A stretch of DNA of 64,000 nt from Candidatus Bathyarchaeota archaeon (GCA_963815095.1 CAWFFH010000003.1:64001-128000), one strand, 5' to 3'. Positions 40,403 to 52,673 are shown, numbered from the stretch's first letter. Notes: generated by a model not told the origin, from the letters alone. Made by a program: numbers and translations.

Positions 40403-40975
40403 TTACATATACGCTCTCAGCACATTGCTTTTCTGCAATAAGTAAAGTACGAATCCGCTTATTAGAAATTCGGGCAACAGATAGCTGCCGTTGTAGACTG
40501 TTGAGTAAACCCATGGGTTTAGGGTTGGAGCGTAGACTGGCGCCCAGAAGTACACGCCTGAAACGAAATGCATGGTGAAGCGTGCGCTGATACCGACTGC
40601 GGCTCCCACTACCGGGTGCTTAGGGAAGAAACCAGCTAATCCTAACACAGCGAACGCAAGCGGATAGTCAAGCAGCACTTGGATAATTGCATACGGAACT
40701 GGAGCGATATAGGGTAGAGCCGCGAATTGTATTAAGCCATAGATTACGCCCGCGGTTATGCCGACTTTGGGTCCGCGTCGAAGCGCCAGCCAAATAATCG
40801 GGACCATGGACGCCAAGGTGATGGAGCCGCCCTGTGGCAAGGTGTAGATGATTATGAAGCTAAGTGCGGTGGCTAAGGCAGTAAAAATCGCCAATTCAGC
40901 TAAAACTCGTGGGTTTCTAAAGGATGTTTGATATTTTTTTGATTTTTTTATGGAGTCTGGATTGTTTGTTTGCAT
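40403..40975 (-). CDS. thiT: ECF S-component thiamine transporter ThiT
   Basis: PQGGS, MVPI...RRG, QVLLDY, HFVSG, YS..YN; TPP riboswitch directly upstream. Confidence 0.93.
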   Translation of the reverse strand: MQTNNPDSIKKSKKYQTSFRNPRVLAELAIFTALATALSFIIIYTLPQGGSITLASMVPIIWLALRRGPKVGITAGVIYGLIQFAALPYIAPVPYAIIQVLLDYPLAFAVLGLAGFFPKHPVVGAAVGISARFTMHFVSGVYFWAPVYAPTLNPWVYSTVYNGSYLLPEFLISGFVLYLLQKSNVLRAYM

Positions 40976-40981
40976 TTGTTT

Positions 40982-41074
40982 TTCCCTCCGCCAGTATTAC
41001 CTGGTTCAGGTTCCTAAGGGTCGACACCAAACAGGCGTCCTCTCAGCCGAGTCATTTTCCCAGCTCCCCAAGAA
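40982..41074 (-). ncRNA. TPP (THI-box) riboswitch
   Basis: Minus strand reads TTCTT GGGGAGC...GCTGAGAG...GACCCTTAGGAACCTGAACCAGGTAATACTGGCGGAGGGAA, matching the canonical TPP aptamer; ATG lies 8 nt after GGAGGG. Confidence 0.95.
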
Positions 41075-41227
41075 CTACGGAAAATATGCGTTTCTGTAAC
41101 ATATTAGGTTTGCTAAAGCTGATTTTTCTATTTGCTGTCAAAAACCCCTGTTAAATAACAACGAGCAGGTCATGAAGCATACAGCTCTGTGGTAGACCTA
41201 CACACGCAGTTCTTACATTTCTGTATC

Positions 41228-41271
41228 TGGTAGTAGTAGTCTAGTAAATCTCCTAGACGACTACTTCTAAC
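41228..41271. repeat. Hairpin of the same family as those at 66-381
   Basis: AGTAGTAGTCTAG/CTAGACGACTACT stem (one mismatch); preceded by TATCTG and ending CTTCTAAC, like the unit at 329-381. Confidence 0.55.
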
Positions 41272-41452
41272 TTTCAGTTTTTGTTTTGGGAAGATTGGAA
41301 AAATGCTGGCTGTGCAGGGTAAAAGAAACCGATAAGCTGCTTCTCTTTTTCGCTTAAATCCTATTTTTCTTTCTTTTCTTGTTAGGGTAACGTTTTTAGG
41401 TTTTAGCATAGTTTGCTGATAGTCAAACAGTAACTACAGGATATTGATTAGC

Positions 41453-43936
41453 ATGCAGCCTTTGCCTAAAGAATACAATTTTGCAGAGATTGAGCGTAAG
41501 TGGCAGCAGAAATGGGAAGAAATGGGCATTTACCATTATGACTGGAACGATAAGGAGCGGGTTCCTTTCAGCATAGATACACCGCCGCCCTACCCTTCAG
41601 GCGAATTGCACATGGGCAACGTCCTTAACTGGACATACTTTGACATGGTAGCACGGTACAAACGCATGCAAGGCTTCAACGTGCTCTTCCCCCAAGGCTG
41701 GGACTGCCACGGACTGGGCATAGAAATCCAAGTTGAAAAAGCAAGAAACATACGCAAACGCGATGTCCCCCCAGACCAATTCCGAACATGGTGCATCGAA
41801 CTAGTAGAGAAATACATTGCGATGATGAAGGAAGGCATCCTTGAGATGGGTGCAAGCATCGACTGGACCACTGAATACAAAACGATGGATCCAGACTATT
41901 GGCGCCGAACGCAATTGAGCTTCATTTTGCTTCATAGGAAAGATTACATGTATCGGGGCACGCACCCAGTTAATTGGTGTCCAAGAGACGAAACTGCAAT
42001 CGCCGACGCCGAAGTTGACCACATAAAGAAAGAAGGCGCATTGCATTACATTCGTTTTAACCTTGAAGGAAGCAGCGAATACCTCTTAATCGCCACTTCA
42101 CGCCCCGAATTCATTCCCGCATGCGTTGCTGTGGAAGTTAACCCTAAAGATGAACGCTACAACAAATACATTGGCAGAAAAATCGCTGTGCCCCTCATGA
42201 ACCGCGAAGTAACTATCATCCCCGAGGAGTCAGTGGACCCCTGTTTTGGCACGGGCGTCGTCCAAATCTGCACGTACGGCGACAAAGAAGACGTGAAAAC
42301 CGTCATAAAACACAAACTCCCAGTCATCAGGCTCCTAACCACAAACGGACAAATCAGCGAAGCAGGCTGCAAATACTCGGGTTTGTACGTTAACCAAGCA
42401 CGCGCAGCCATAGTTGCCGATTTAACCGCTGCGGGACTGCTCGAGAAAACCGAGAAGATTCAGCAGGAAGTCGGCGTCTGCGACCGCTGCAAAGCCCAAG
42501 TTGAAATCCTCGAGGTTAAACAGTGGTTCATGAAAGTTCTACCATTATCCGACGCCGTAGTGAAAAACGCCCTCGAAATCCCTTGGTACCCCGACTACAT
42601 GAAAAACCGCCTAATCGACTGGACTCGCGCTCTAGATTGGGATTGGGTTGTCAGCCGCCAACGCCTGTTCGCGACGCCCATTCCAGTGTGGTACTGCAAG
42701 AGCTGCGGCGAAGTCATTGTGGCAGAGGAAAGCTGGGTGCCGATTGACCCGCGAATGGAAAAACCAAGAATTGACAAGTGTCCCAGATGCGGCGGAACTG
42801 AATTCACGGGTGAAACCGACGTGCTCGACACGTGGATGGATAGCTCAATCACCTGCGCTGTACACGCTGGCTGGCCCGACCGACCAGACTGGAAACACCT
42901 GTTCCCCGCAAGTATGCACCCTAGCGGCACAGACATCATCCGAACCTGGGCATACTACCTCATGGTTCGCCACCTCGCCCTGTTCGACGAGCGCCCATTC
43001 AACAGCGTCCTCATAAACGGCATGGTCCTCGGCGCAGACGGCAGAAAAATGAGCAAATCCCTCAAAAACTACGCAGCCGCCCCCGAAGTCCTCAACAAAA
43101 GCGGCGCCGACGCAACCCGCCAATGGGCTGCTGGCGGAGGAGCAACAGGCTCAGACATTCCCTTCCGCGTCCAAGACGTCGAATACGGCAGACGCTTCCT
43201 AACCAAGCTCTGGAACGTCGCTGGGTTTGCAAGCAACCTTTTGGCAGACTACGACCCTAAAGCCAACGCCCAAGTTGACCTACAACCGCTTGATAAATGG
43301 ATTTTAAGCAAAACCGAAAATCTAATTAAAAAAGTCACCGAAGCTTATGAAAAATGCCAATTCAACAATGCCATCGAAGAAATCCGCAACTTCACCTGGC
43401 ATGTCTTCTGCGACTACTACATCGAATCAGTCAAAGACCGACTTTACCGCCAAGAAACAGAAAATTCATCGCCCAAAACGGCTGCTCAACAAACCCTCTA
43501 CAACGTCTTCTACAAGATCTTGCAGTTGCTAGCACCCATAACACCCCATTTGACTGAGGAAATCTACCAAAACATGTACGCTCAAACTAAGGGCTTTGTT
43601 AGTTTACAAATCACTCCCTGGCCAAAAATGGATAGCGCACCCGTTGATATGACGGCTGAAGAGGAAGGCGACAAAGTGATGGCATTGATCGAGGATGTGC
43701 GAAGAAAGAAAGCATCTCTAAAGTTGCCGCTGAACATTCCCATACTGTCCCTAGAAGTATACACAACAAACCAAGCAAACGCCGACTTAATCAACCAAAG
43801 CAAAAACGACATAGCAGGAACCCTTAAAGTTGTAGGTGACTTCAAAGTTGTCCCCCAAGCGGGTCAAGGGCAAGAAGTATCGCAGTTTCCAGGGGTCATT
43901 CCTGTCGCTGTCTTCGGAGTGGCAAATAAAAAATGA
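41453..43936 (+). CDS. valS: Valyl-tRNA synthetase
   Basis: DTPPPY, HMGN, GWDCHG, SRQR, DIIRTW, KMSKS. Confidence 0.97.
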   Translation: MQPLPKEYNFAEIERKWQQKWEEMGIYHYDWNDKERVPFSIDTPPPYPSGELHMGNVLNWTYFDMVARYKRMQGFNVLFPQGWDCHGLGIEIQVEKARNIRKRDVPPDQFRTWCIELVEKYIAMMKEGILEMGASIDWTTEYKTMDPDYWRRTQLSFILLHRKDYMYRGTHPVNWCPRDETAIADAEVDHIKKEGALHYIRFNLEGSSEYLLIATSRPEFIPACVAVEVNPKDERYNKYIGRKIAVPLMNREVTIIPEESVDPCFGTGVVQICTYGDKEDVKTVIKHKLPVIRLLTTNGQISEAGCKYSGLYVNQARAAIVADLTAAGLLEKTEKIQQEVGVCDRCKAQVEILEVKQWFMKVLPLSDAVVKNALEIPWYPDYMKNRLIDWTRALDWDWVVSRQRLFATPIPVWYCKSCGEVIVAEESWVPIDPRMEKPRIDKCPRCGGTEFTGETDVLDTWMDSSITCAVHAGWPDRPDWKHLFPASMHPSGTDIIRTWAYYLMVRHLALFDERPFNSVLINGMVLGADGRKMSKSLKNYAAAPEVLNKSGADATRQWAAGGGATGSDIPFRVQDVEYGRRFLTKLWNVAGFASNLLADYDPKANAQVDLQPLDKWILSKTENLIKKVTEAYEKCQFNNAIEEIRNFTWHVFCDYYIESVKDRLYRQETENSSPKTAAQQTLYNVFYKILQLLAPITPHLTEEIYQNMYAQTKGFVSLQITPWPKMDSAPVDMTAEEEGDKVMALIEDVRRKKASLKLPLNIPILSLEVYTTNQANADLINQSKNDIAGTLKVVGDFKVVPQAGQGQEVSQFPGVIPVAVFGVANKK

Positions 43937-44667
43937 AACGCGTCGGGTTAATTGGCTGTGGCGCAATCGGAACAGTTCTTGCGGAAGCAATCGAGCGCAA
44001 ACTGGTGGTCTGTGATGAACTGGCAATTTTCGATTTGGATGCGACCAAAGCAGAGAAACTCAAAGACCAAATAAAATTCCCGGTGAAAATCATGCCAAAC
44101 ATAGACGAGCTGCTCGCAGCCAAACCGACTATAATTGTTGAAGCAGCATCCCAGCAAGCTGTGCGAGAATACTATGATCAAATTTTAGCAACAAACACAG
44201 ACTTCATCATCATGAGCACAGGCGCACTCTTAGACTTAAACACAAACTCCCCTAAACTCCATTTTCCCTCAGGCGCCATCGGAGGTCTCGACGCGCTCTC
44301 GCCAGCAGCCTTAGCTGGAATTAGCGAGGTCACATTGACATCCCGCAAACCCCCCAAAGCATTGGGAAAAACCAACAGACAAGAGGAAACCGTCTACGAG
44401 GGCTACGCAGAGGAAGCCGCAAGACAGTTCCCAAGAGAAATGAACGTTGCAGCAACATTAGCGTTAACCGTTAAACCCGCCAAAGTAAAAGTGCGAGTCA
44501 TCTCTGACCCAGGTGTCACACGCAACACCCACCAAATTCACGTCAAATGGCGCTATGGCGAAATGACAATGCAATTCGCCAACGATCCCCACCCAGACAA
44601 CCCCCACACCAGCGCACTCGCAGCATGGTCAGCCATCAACCTGCTAAAATCACAACTAGAAAAATAA
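43933..44667 (+). CDS. nadX: L-aspartate dehydrogenase
   Basis: GCGAIG, EAAS, SGAIGGLD, RKPP, FP..NVAA, NP.TS.LAA; ATGA-like coupling to valS end. Confidence 0.9.
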   Translation: MKRVGLIGCGAIGTVLAEAIERKLVVCDELAIFDLDATKAEKLKDQIKFPVKIMPNIDELLAAKPTIIVEAASQQAVREYYDQILATNTDFIIMSTGALLDLNTNSPKLHFPSGAIGGLDALSPAALAGISEVTLTSRKPPKALGKTNRQEETVYEGYAEEAARQFPREMNVAATLALTVKPAKVKVRVISDPGVTRNTHQIHVKWRYGEMTMQFANDPHPDNPHTSALAAWSAINLLKSQLEK

Positions 44668-44843
44668 CAACACCAAAAGCTCAGAACATTTAGTAAAGCG
44701 ATTTAATAAAGCAATACCCCATTAAAATCGCATCCATCTCAAATGAGACAAGCATAAACGTAAAGAAAGAAACTGACAGCTAAAACAAAAACAAAATTCA
44801 TATAAACAAAAAGAAAAGAAAGAAGAATACGGTTTTATTTTGC

Positions 44844-47800
44844 TCAGTTGTGTTTTCGTCGTCTGCGTCTGCTTGGGGGGTTTGGTCGTTGTTGTCCGCT
44901 TCCGTTATCAGTTCCGAATGCGCCGCCTGGGACGCTTCTGAAGGGTGGGACGGAATGTGGGCCTCCCTCCACCAATGAAATAGTTTCTATTGCTGGTTCT
45001 TCAAGAACTTTTTCAAGGGTAGTTTCGATTGGAGCTTGCTCTGTTACTTCGAAGGCTTGGAGCGGAGCTTCAATTACGCGTTGTTCTTCGTGAGCTGCTT
45101 CTGCAATTGGCTCGTTTGCGATGATTGCCTCTGCTTGAGCTTCGACTGGTGTTTCAATTATTGGGGCTGCTTCAACAACAGGAGCTTCTGCGATTATTGG
45201 AGTTTCGACTGCTGGAGCCTCAATAACTGGAACTTCTTCCACTGCGATTGTTGGTTGCTCGATTGGAGCTGCTTCAACAACTGCTACTTGAGCTTCCTCA
45301 ACGATTGCAGCTGGCACTTCAACTGGTGCTTCGATGATTGGAGCAGCTTGGATTACTTGTTCTTCGACTATTGGCTCTGCGATTACTGATTCATTTACTA
45401 TTTCAACTGCTGCTTCTGGCTCAGCTACAACTACTTGAGCCTCTTCTATTGGGGCAGCTTCTACAATTGGAGTTTCTTCAACGATTGGAGCTTCAATTAC
45501 TGGAGCTTCTAATATGGTTTCAACTGCTGGAGCCTCAACTGGTGCAGCTTCCTCAACAATTGGAGCTGCTTCTGTTGGGGCAGTTTCAACTGGGGCTTGC
45601 TCGATTGGAGCGGCTTCTTCTATGATTATTGCGGGAGCTCCTTCAACAATTGCCACTGGAGCTTCAATTGGTGTTTCAATTATTGGGGCTGCTTCAACAA
45701 CAGGAGCTTCTGCGATTATTGGAGTTTCGACTGCTGGAGCCTCAATAACTGGAACTTCTTCCACTGCGATTGTTGGTTGCTCGATTGGAGCTGCTTCAAC
45801 AACTGCTACTTGAGCTTCCTCAACGATTGCAGCTGGCACTTCAACTGGTGCTTCGATGATTGGAGCAGCTTGGATTACTTGTTCTTCGACTATTGGCTCT
45901 GCGATTACTGATTCATTTACTATTTCAACTGCTGCTTCTGGCTCAGCTACAACTACTTGAGCCTCTTCTATTGGGGCAGCTTCTACAATTGGAGTTTCTT
46001 CAACGATTGGAGCTTCAATTACTGGAGCTTCTAATATGGTTTCAACTGCTGGAGCCTCAACTGGTGCAGCTTCCTCAACAATTGGAGCTGCTTCTGTTGG
46101 GGCAGTTTCAACTGGGGCTTGCTCGATTGGAGCGGCTTCTTCTATGATTATTGCGGGAGCTCCTTCAACAATTGCCACTGGAGCTTCAATTGGTGTTTCA
46201 ATTATTGGGGCTGCTTCAACAACAGGAGCTTCTGCGATTATTGGAGTTTCGACTGCTGGAGCCTCAATAACTGGAACTTCTTCCACTGCGATTGTTGGTT
46301 GCTCGATTGGAGCTGCTTCAACAACTGCTACTTGAGCTTCCTCAACGATTGCAGCTGGCACTTCAACTGGTGCTTCGATGATTGGAGCAGCTTGGATTAC
46401 TTGTTCTTCGACTATTGGCTCTGCGATTACTGATTCATTTACTATTTCAACTGCTGCTTCTGGCTCAGCTACAACTACTTGAGCCTCTTCTATTGGGGCA
46501 GCTTCTACAATTGGAGTTTCTTCAACGATTGGAGCTTCAATTACTGGAGCTTCTAATATGGTTTCAACTGCTGGAGCCTCAACTGGTGCAGCTTCCTCAA
46601 CAATTGGAGCTGCTTCTGTTGGGGCAGTTTCAATTGGGGCTTGCTCGATTGGAGCGGCTTCTTCTATGATTATTGCGGGAGCTTCTTCAACAATTGCCAC
46701 TGGAGCTTCAATTGGTGTTTCAATTATTGGGGCTGCTTCAACAACAGGAGCTTCTGCGATTATTGGAGTTTCGACTGCTGGAGCCTCAATAACTGGAACT
46801 TCTTCCACTGCGATTGTTGGTTGCTCGATTGGAGCTGCTTCAACAACTGCTACTTGAGCTTCCTCAACGATTGCAGCTGGCACTTCAACTGGTGCTTCGA
46901 TGATTGGAGCAGCTTGGATTACTTGTTCTTCGACTATTGGCTCTGCGATTACTGATTCATTTACTATTTCAACTGCTGCTTCTGGCTCAGCTACAACTAC
47001 TTGAGCCTCTTCTATTGGGGCAGCTTCTACAATTGGAGTTTCTTCAACGATTGGAGCTTCAATTACTGGAGCTTCTAATATGGTTTCAACTGCTGGAGCC
47101 TCAACTGGTGCAGCTTCCTCAACAATTGGAGCTGCTTCTGTTGGGGCAGTTTCAACTGGGGCTTGCTCGATTGGAGCGGCTTCTTCTATGATTATTGCGG
47201 GAGCTCCTTCAACAATTGCCACTGGAGCTTCAATTGGTGTTTCAATTATTGGGGCTGCTTCAACAACAGGAGCTTCAACTACTGGAACTTCTGCTGCAAT
47301 TTCAACTGCTTGAGCCTCAACAATTGGGGCTTCCTCAACTGGGATAACTTCAATTGGAGCTGTCTCTATTGGGGCGGCTTCTTCGACAACTGGAGTTGCT
47401 TCAACTGGTGCAGCTTCCTCAACAATTGGGACTGCTTCTGCAACGATTTCAACTGCTGGAGCCTCAATAACTGGGGCTACTTCAACAACTGGAGTGCTTT
47501 CAACTACTGGAGCGGTTTCAACTGGGGCTTCGATGGTGGCTTGCTCAACTTGAGCTTCCACTGGGGCCTCTAAAGGGACCGCTGTCTCCACTGGAGCCGC
47601 TTCAACGATTGGAGCTTCAACTGGAACAGTTCCTACTGGAGCACACTCAACTGGGGCCGCTTCGGCTACTGGAGCTTCTGCAGGGGCAGTTTCAATTGGC
47701 GCTGTTTCGATTGGAGATGCTTCTTCAACCAGAGCGACTGGAGCTTCTTCTGCGATTGCTACTGGGGCTTCGACTGGTGTTTCAATTATTGGGGCTGTTT

Positions 47801-48815
47801 CAACAACTGGAGCTTCTGCGATTATTGGAGTTTCGACTGCTGGAGCCTCAATAACTGGAACTTCTTCCACTGCGATTGTTGGTTGCTCGATTGGAGCTGC
47901 TTCAACAACTGCTACTTGAGCTTCCTCAACGATTGCAGCTGGCACTTCAACTGGTGCTTCGATGATTGGAGCGGCTTCTTCAACCACTGGAGTTGCTTCT
48001 TCAATAACTGGAACTGCTTCGACTACAGGAGCTTCTATTGCTATAGATTCAACTACTGGAGCTTCTTCAACAATTGGTGTGCTTTCGATTACTGGAGCGG
48101 TTTCAACTGGGGCTTCGATGGTGGCTTGCTCAACTTGAGCTTCCACTGGGGCCTCTAAAGGGACCGCTGTCTCCACTGGAGCCGCTTCAACGATTGGAGC
48201 AGTCTCTGCTGGAGCACACTCAACTGGGGCCGCTTCGGCTACTGGAGCTTCTGCAGGGGCAGTTTCAATTGGCGCTGCTTCAACTGGACAAGTTTCAATA
48301 ACTGGCGCAGTTTCAACAGGTGTAGCTTCCACGGGGACCTCTAAAGGGACCGCTTCTACCGCCGTCGGTTGAGCTGCTGGAGCTTCCATTATTGGAGCTG
48401 GTTCAGGAGCTTGAATTTGTTGTGCGCAGGGAAAAATTTGGTCAATTGCTTGTTTTATTACGCCTAATTCTGTTCTGGTTGTTTCGAGCGTGTTTGAGAG
48501 AAGATTTATTTCCCGACCATAGCTTTCCTCGTCGATTTCTCCTACGACGTGTTGGATTTCGTAGTTAGCGAGGAGGGTTTCTAAGGTTTTTAGTTGGCCT
48601 TCTAGTTCCAGGGTTTTTGTTTGCATTTTTTCTGCGAGGTCTTTTCTTTGTTTTTCGATTTCAATTATTGCTGAGCTTATGTCGCCTGTGAATGAGTCGC
48701 GTGTTGCTTGTGAGATTTTGCCTGAAGTAAAAAGGTTGTCTAAGGCTTGCTTCTTTTTATTTGCTATTTCGTATTCTTCATTTAATCGTTTAAATGTATA
48801 TTTCCATGAAATCAC
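44844..48815 (-). CDS. CdvA-like coiled-coil protein with a very long acidic E/A/P/V/I low-complexity repeat tail
   Basis: N-terminal ISWK..F..L.EEYE...KKKQALDNL...GKIS...YEIQHVVGEI; GTG at 48815 after GGTG; C-terminus probably frameshifted near 44966. Confidence 0.75.
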   Translation of the reverse strand: MISWKYTFKRLNEEYEIANKKKQALDNLFTSGKISQATRDSFTGDISSAIIEIEKQRKDLAEKMQTKTLELEGQLKTLETLLANYEIQHVVGEIDEESYGREINLLSNTLETTRTELGVIKQAIDQIFPCAQQIQAPEPAPIMEAPAAQPTAVEAVPLEVPVEATPVETAPVIETCPVEAAPIETAPAEAPVAEAAPVECAPAETAPIVEAAPVETAVPLEAPVEAQVEQATIEAPVETAPVIESTPIVEEAPVVESIAIEAPVVEAVPVIEEATPVVEEAAPIIEAPVEVPAAIVEEAQVAVVEAAPIEQPTIAVEEVPVIEAPAVETPIIAEAPVVETAPIIETPVEAPVAIAEEAPVALVEEASPIETAPIETAPAEAPVAEAAPVECAPVGTVPVEAPIVEAAPVETAVPLEAPVEAQVEQATIEAPVETAPVVESTPVVEVAPVIEAPAVEIVAEAVPIVEEAAPVEATPVVEEAAPIETAPIEVIPVEEAPIVEAQAVEIAAEVPVVEAPVVEAAPIIETPIEAPVAIVEGAPAIIIEEAAPIEQAPVETAPTEAAPIVEEAAPVEAPAVETILEAPVIEAPIVEETPIVEAAPIEEAQVVVAEPEAAVEIVNESVIAEPIVEEQVIQAAPIIEAPVEVPAAIVEEAQVAVVEAAPIEQPTIAVEEVPVIEAPAVETPIIAEAPVVEAAPIIETPIEAPVAIVEEAPAIIIEEAAPIEQAPIETAPTEAAPIVEEAAPVEAPAVETILEAPVIEAPIVEETPIVEAAPIEEAQVVVAEPEAAVEIVNESVIAEPIVEEQVIQAAPIIEAPVEVPAAIVEEAQVAVVEAAPIEQPTIAVEEVPVIEAPAVETPIIAEAPVVEAAPIIETPIEAPVAIVEGAPAIIIEEAAPIEQAPVETAPTEAAPIVEEAAPVEAPAVETILEAPVIEAPIVEETPIVEAAPIEEAQVVVAEPEAAVEIVNESVIAEPIVEEQVIQAAPIIEAPVEVPAAIVEEAQVAVVEAAPIEQPTIAVEEVPVIEAPAVETPIIAEAPVVEAAPIIETPIEAPVAIVEGAPAIIIEEAAPIEQAPVETAPTEAAPIVEEAAPVEAPAVETILEAPVIEAPIVEETPIVEAAPIEEAQVVVAEPEAAVEIVNESVIAEPIVEEQVIQAAPIIEAPVEVPAAIVEEAQVAVVEAAPIEQPTIAVEEVPVIEAPAVETPIIAEAPVVEAAPIIETPVEAQAEAIIANEPIAEAAHEEQRVIEAPLQAFEVTEQAPIETTLEKVLEEPAIETISLVEGGPHSVPPFRSVPGGAFGTDNGSGQQRPNPPSRRRRRKHN
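45147..47276. repeat. 522-bp (174-aa) tandem repeat, about 4.1 copies
   Basis: Identical shadow ORFs start at 45338/45860/46382/46904; I see only two substitutions, in one unit (near 46633 and 46684); partial copy at about 47776-47970. Confidence 0.93.
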
Positions 48816-48921
48816 GTTTAGGGCACCGTAGCATCCATAGGATAGTTGAGAATTAACGTTTGTTAACATGCGCATATATCGCTAACTATTAATTTCGGGT
48901 GGGTTAGCAGAAAAATGGAAA

Positions 48922-48935
48922 TTTTAACGTTAAAA
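48922..48935. promoter_or_regulatory. 14-bp perfect palindrome TTTTAACGTTAAAA, candidate operator
   Basis: Lies in the divergent region between the CdvA-like gene and padR; TGTTAACA (48861) and TGTTATAACA (49153) are nearby. Confidence 0.35.
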
Positions 48936-49228
48936 CGAGTTGGGTTTGTATGGGTTTATGTAAATAAATAGTGAAATTTTTCTTGAAATTAAGCCTAATA
49001 AGATAACACTTCTATGTTAACTATCATGTGTGCAGGGCGATGTTATGTAGCTATATATGAAAACCCGTTTGAGGATATTCATGATTGTTTTTCTTTTGGT
49101 TCGATGGGTTGAGGTTCTGGGGTAGTTTAGTTTATCATTACTTTTCTATGTTTGTTATAACATTTTATTCTAAATCAGAATAAATCTTATATGTCTAAAC
49201 AAGAATAAACAATAATGGAGAGAAAAAA

Positions 49229-49600
49229 ATGGTAGCATTAACAATTACAGTAAACGGAGAAAAATCCGAAGCAAGAATAATCAAAAAAATGCATGAACGC
49301 GTAATCAAAAGCTTCATGGACACAATAATATTGTCTGAATTACGAAATGGACCCATAAGCGGATACGACGTCATTTCGTTCATACACAACAAATTTGGGT
49401 TCCTCGCCAGCTCTGGAACAGTGTATTCACTACTCTACTCGCTTGAACGCAATGGATTAGTCGAGGGAATATGGATCGAGCGTAAAAGAGTCTACAAACT
49501 CACAGAAAAAGGAGCAAAAACAATCGCAACCATCCTCAACTCACAGGAAAAAATCAAGGGTTTCATGTCAACAATCCTCTCAGCCCAAATAACCCATTAA
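49229..49600 (+). CDS. PadR-family transcriptional regulator
   Basis: SGYD, SSGTVYSLLYSLERNGLV, KRVYKLTEKG. Confidence 0.9.
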   Translation: MVALTITVNGEKSEARIIKKMHERVIKSFMDTIILSELRNGPISGYDVISFIHNKFGFLASSGTVYSLLYSLERNGLVEGIWIERKRVYKLTEKGAKTIATILNSQEKIKGFMSTILSAQITH

Positions 49601-49680
49601 CTGTTTCTTTTTATCACTAAAGCAATAGAAATACTAAAAAACCCCTTCGTGTTTTCCTATCAGCCGCAACGAATCTTTGC

Positions 49681-49758
49681 GGGTCCGTAGCTCAGTCAGG
49701 CTAGAGCATCGGACTTTTAATCCGAGGGTCGCGGGTTCAACTCCCGTCGGACCCGCCA
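49681..49758 (+). tRNA. tRNA-Lys(TTT), intronless, CCA encoded
   Basis: Acceptor stem GGGTCCG/CGGACCC, anticodon arm TCGGA-CTTTTAA-TCCGA, GGTTCAA T-loop. Confidence 0.97.
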
Positions 49759-49930
49759 AAATTTCGTTACTCGTGTTTTTGTTAGCTCGTCCAATTTGGT
49801 GCGCAGCAGATATGGCTCACGCGCTTAAAAACAACTTTTAGGGCAGCCCTTAAGATTTTGAAATTCGCATTTAGGTCTTATGACTGCTCAACGGGTGACT
49901 TACCATTCTGTTATCGCCAGCTGGCTCATG

Positions 49931-52156
<2,226 letters not shown>

Positions 52157-52292
52157 TTAAGTCTTAATTATATTAGATAAAATACGTTATTGAATAATGA
52201 AAGTAGTCCCTTTGCCGCTTTGCTTTCAAAAGATATTGTAACACGATCAAGTGATGACAACAATTTCGCTAACGGCAACGCTGGATAGCAGA

Positions 52293-52535
52293 TTATTTTT
52301 TCTTTTTAAAAATAACTACTCGTTCTTTATAATTTACCTTACAAGTGTAACTTGAGGAAAGCCCAAGAAGACTTTGAACGCGTTTTTTATTCTTAGGATT
52401 TTCCCAAAACACCCGGTAATTAATCGCTGTTTTAGGCAACTGCAAACCCAGCATAGCTCTAAATTCTTGAGATGTGAATGTAACCGTTTCATCTGGATTA
52501 CCAAAATGACCTGAATATGACTGGTTTTTGTACAT
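52293..52535 (-). CDS. Hypothetical protein
   Basis: 80-aa ORF with upstream GAGGT; no recognisable motif. Confidence 0.4.
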   Translation of the reverse strand: MYKNQSYSGHFGNPDETVTFTSQEFRAMLGLQLPKTAINYRVFWENPKNKKRVQSLLGLSSSYTCKVNYKERVVIFKKKK

Positions 52536-52673
52536 CCGCCAACCTCGACTAATATTGTTTGAATGTCTCGGATTAATGCTAAAAGACTTATGAATTCAAG
52601 ATTCACAAAAAAGGCACACAATACTCTGTTAATAATCCGTAAGATAGAAAAAGGCATCCACTGACATACAATT

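Noticed and set aside
41170-41409. 79-aa minus-strand ORF
   Set aside because: It is low-complexity, overlaps a hairpin and the valS promoter region, and has no motif.
45036-48301. Repeated + strand ORFs (Cys/Trp-rich, Leu-rich, GAST-rich)
   Set aside because: They are antisense shadows of the repetitive minus-strand gene.
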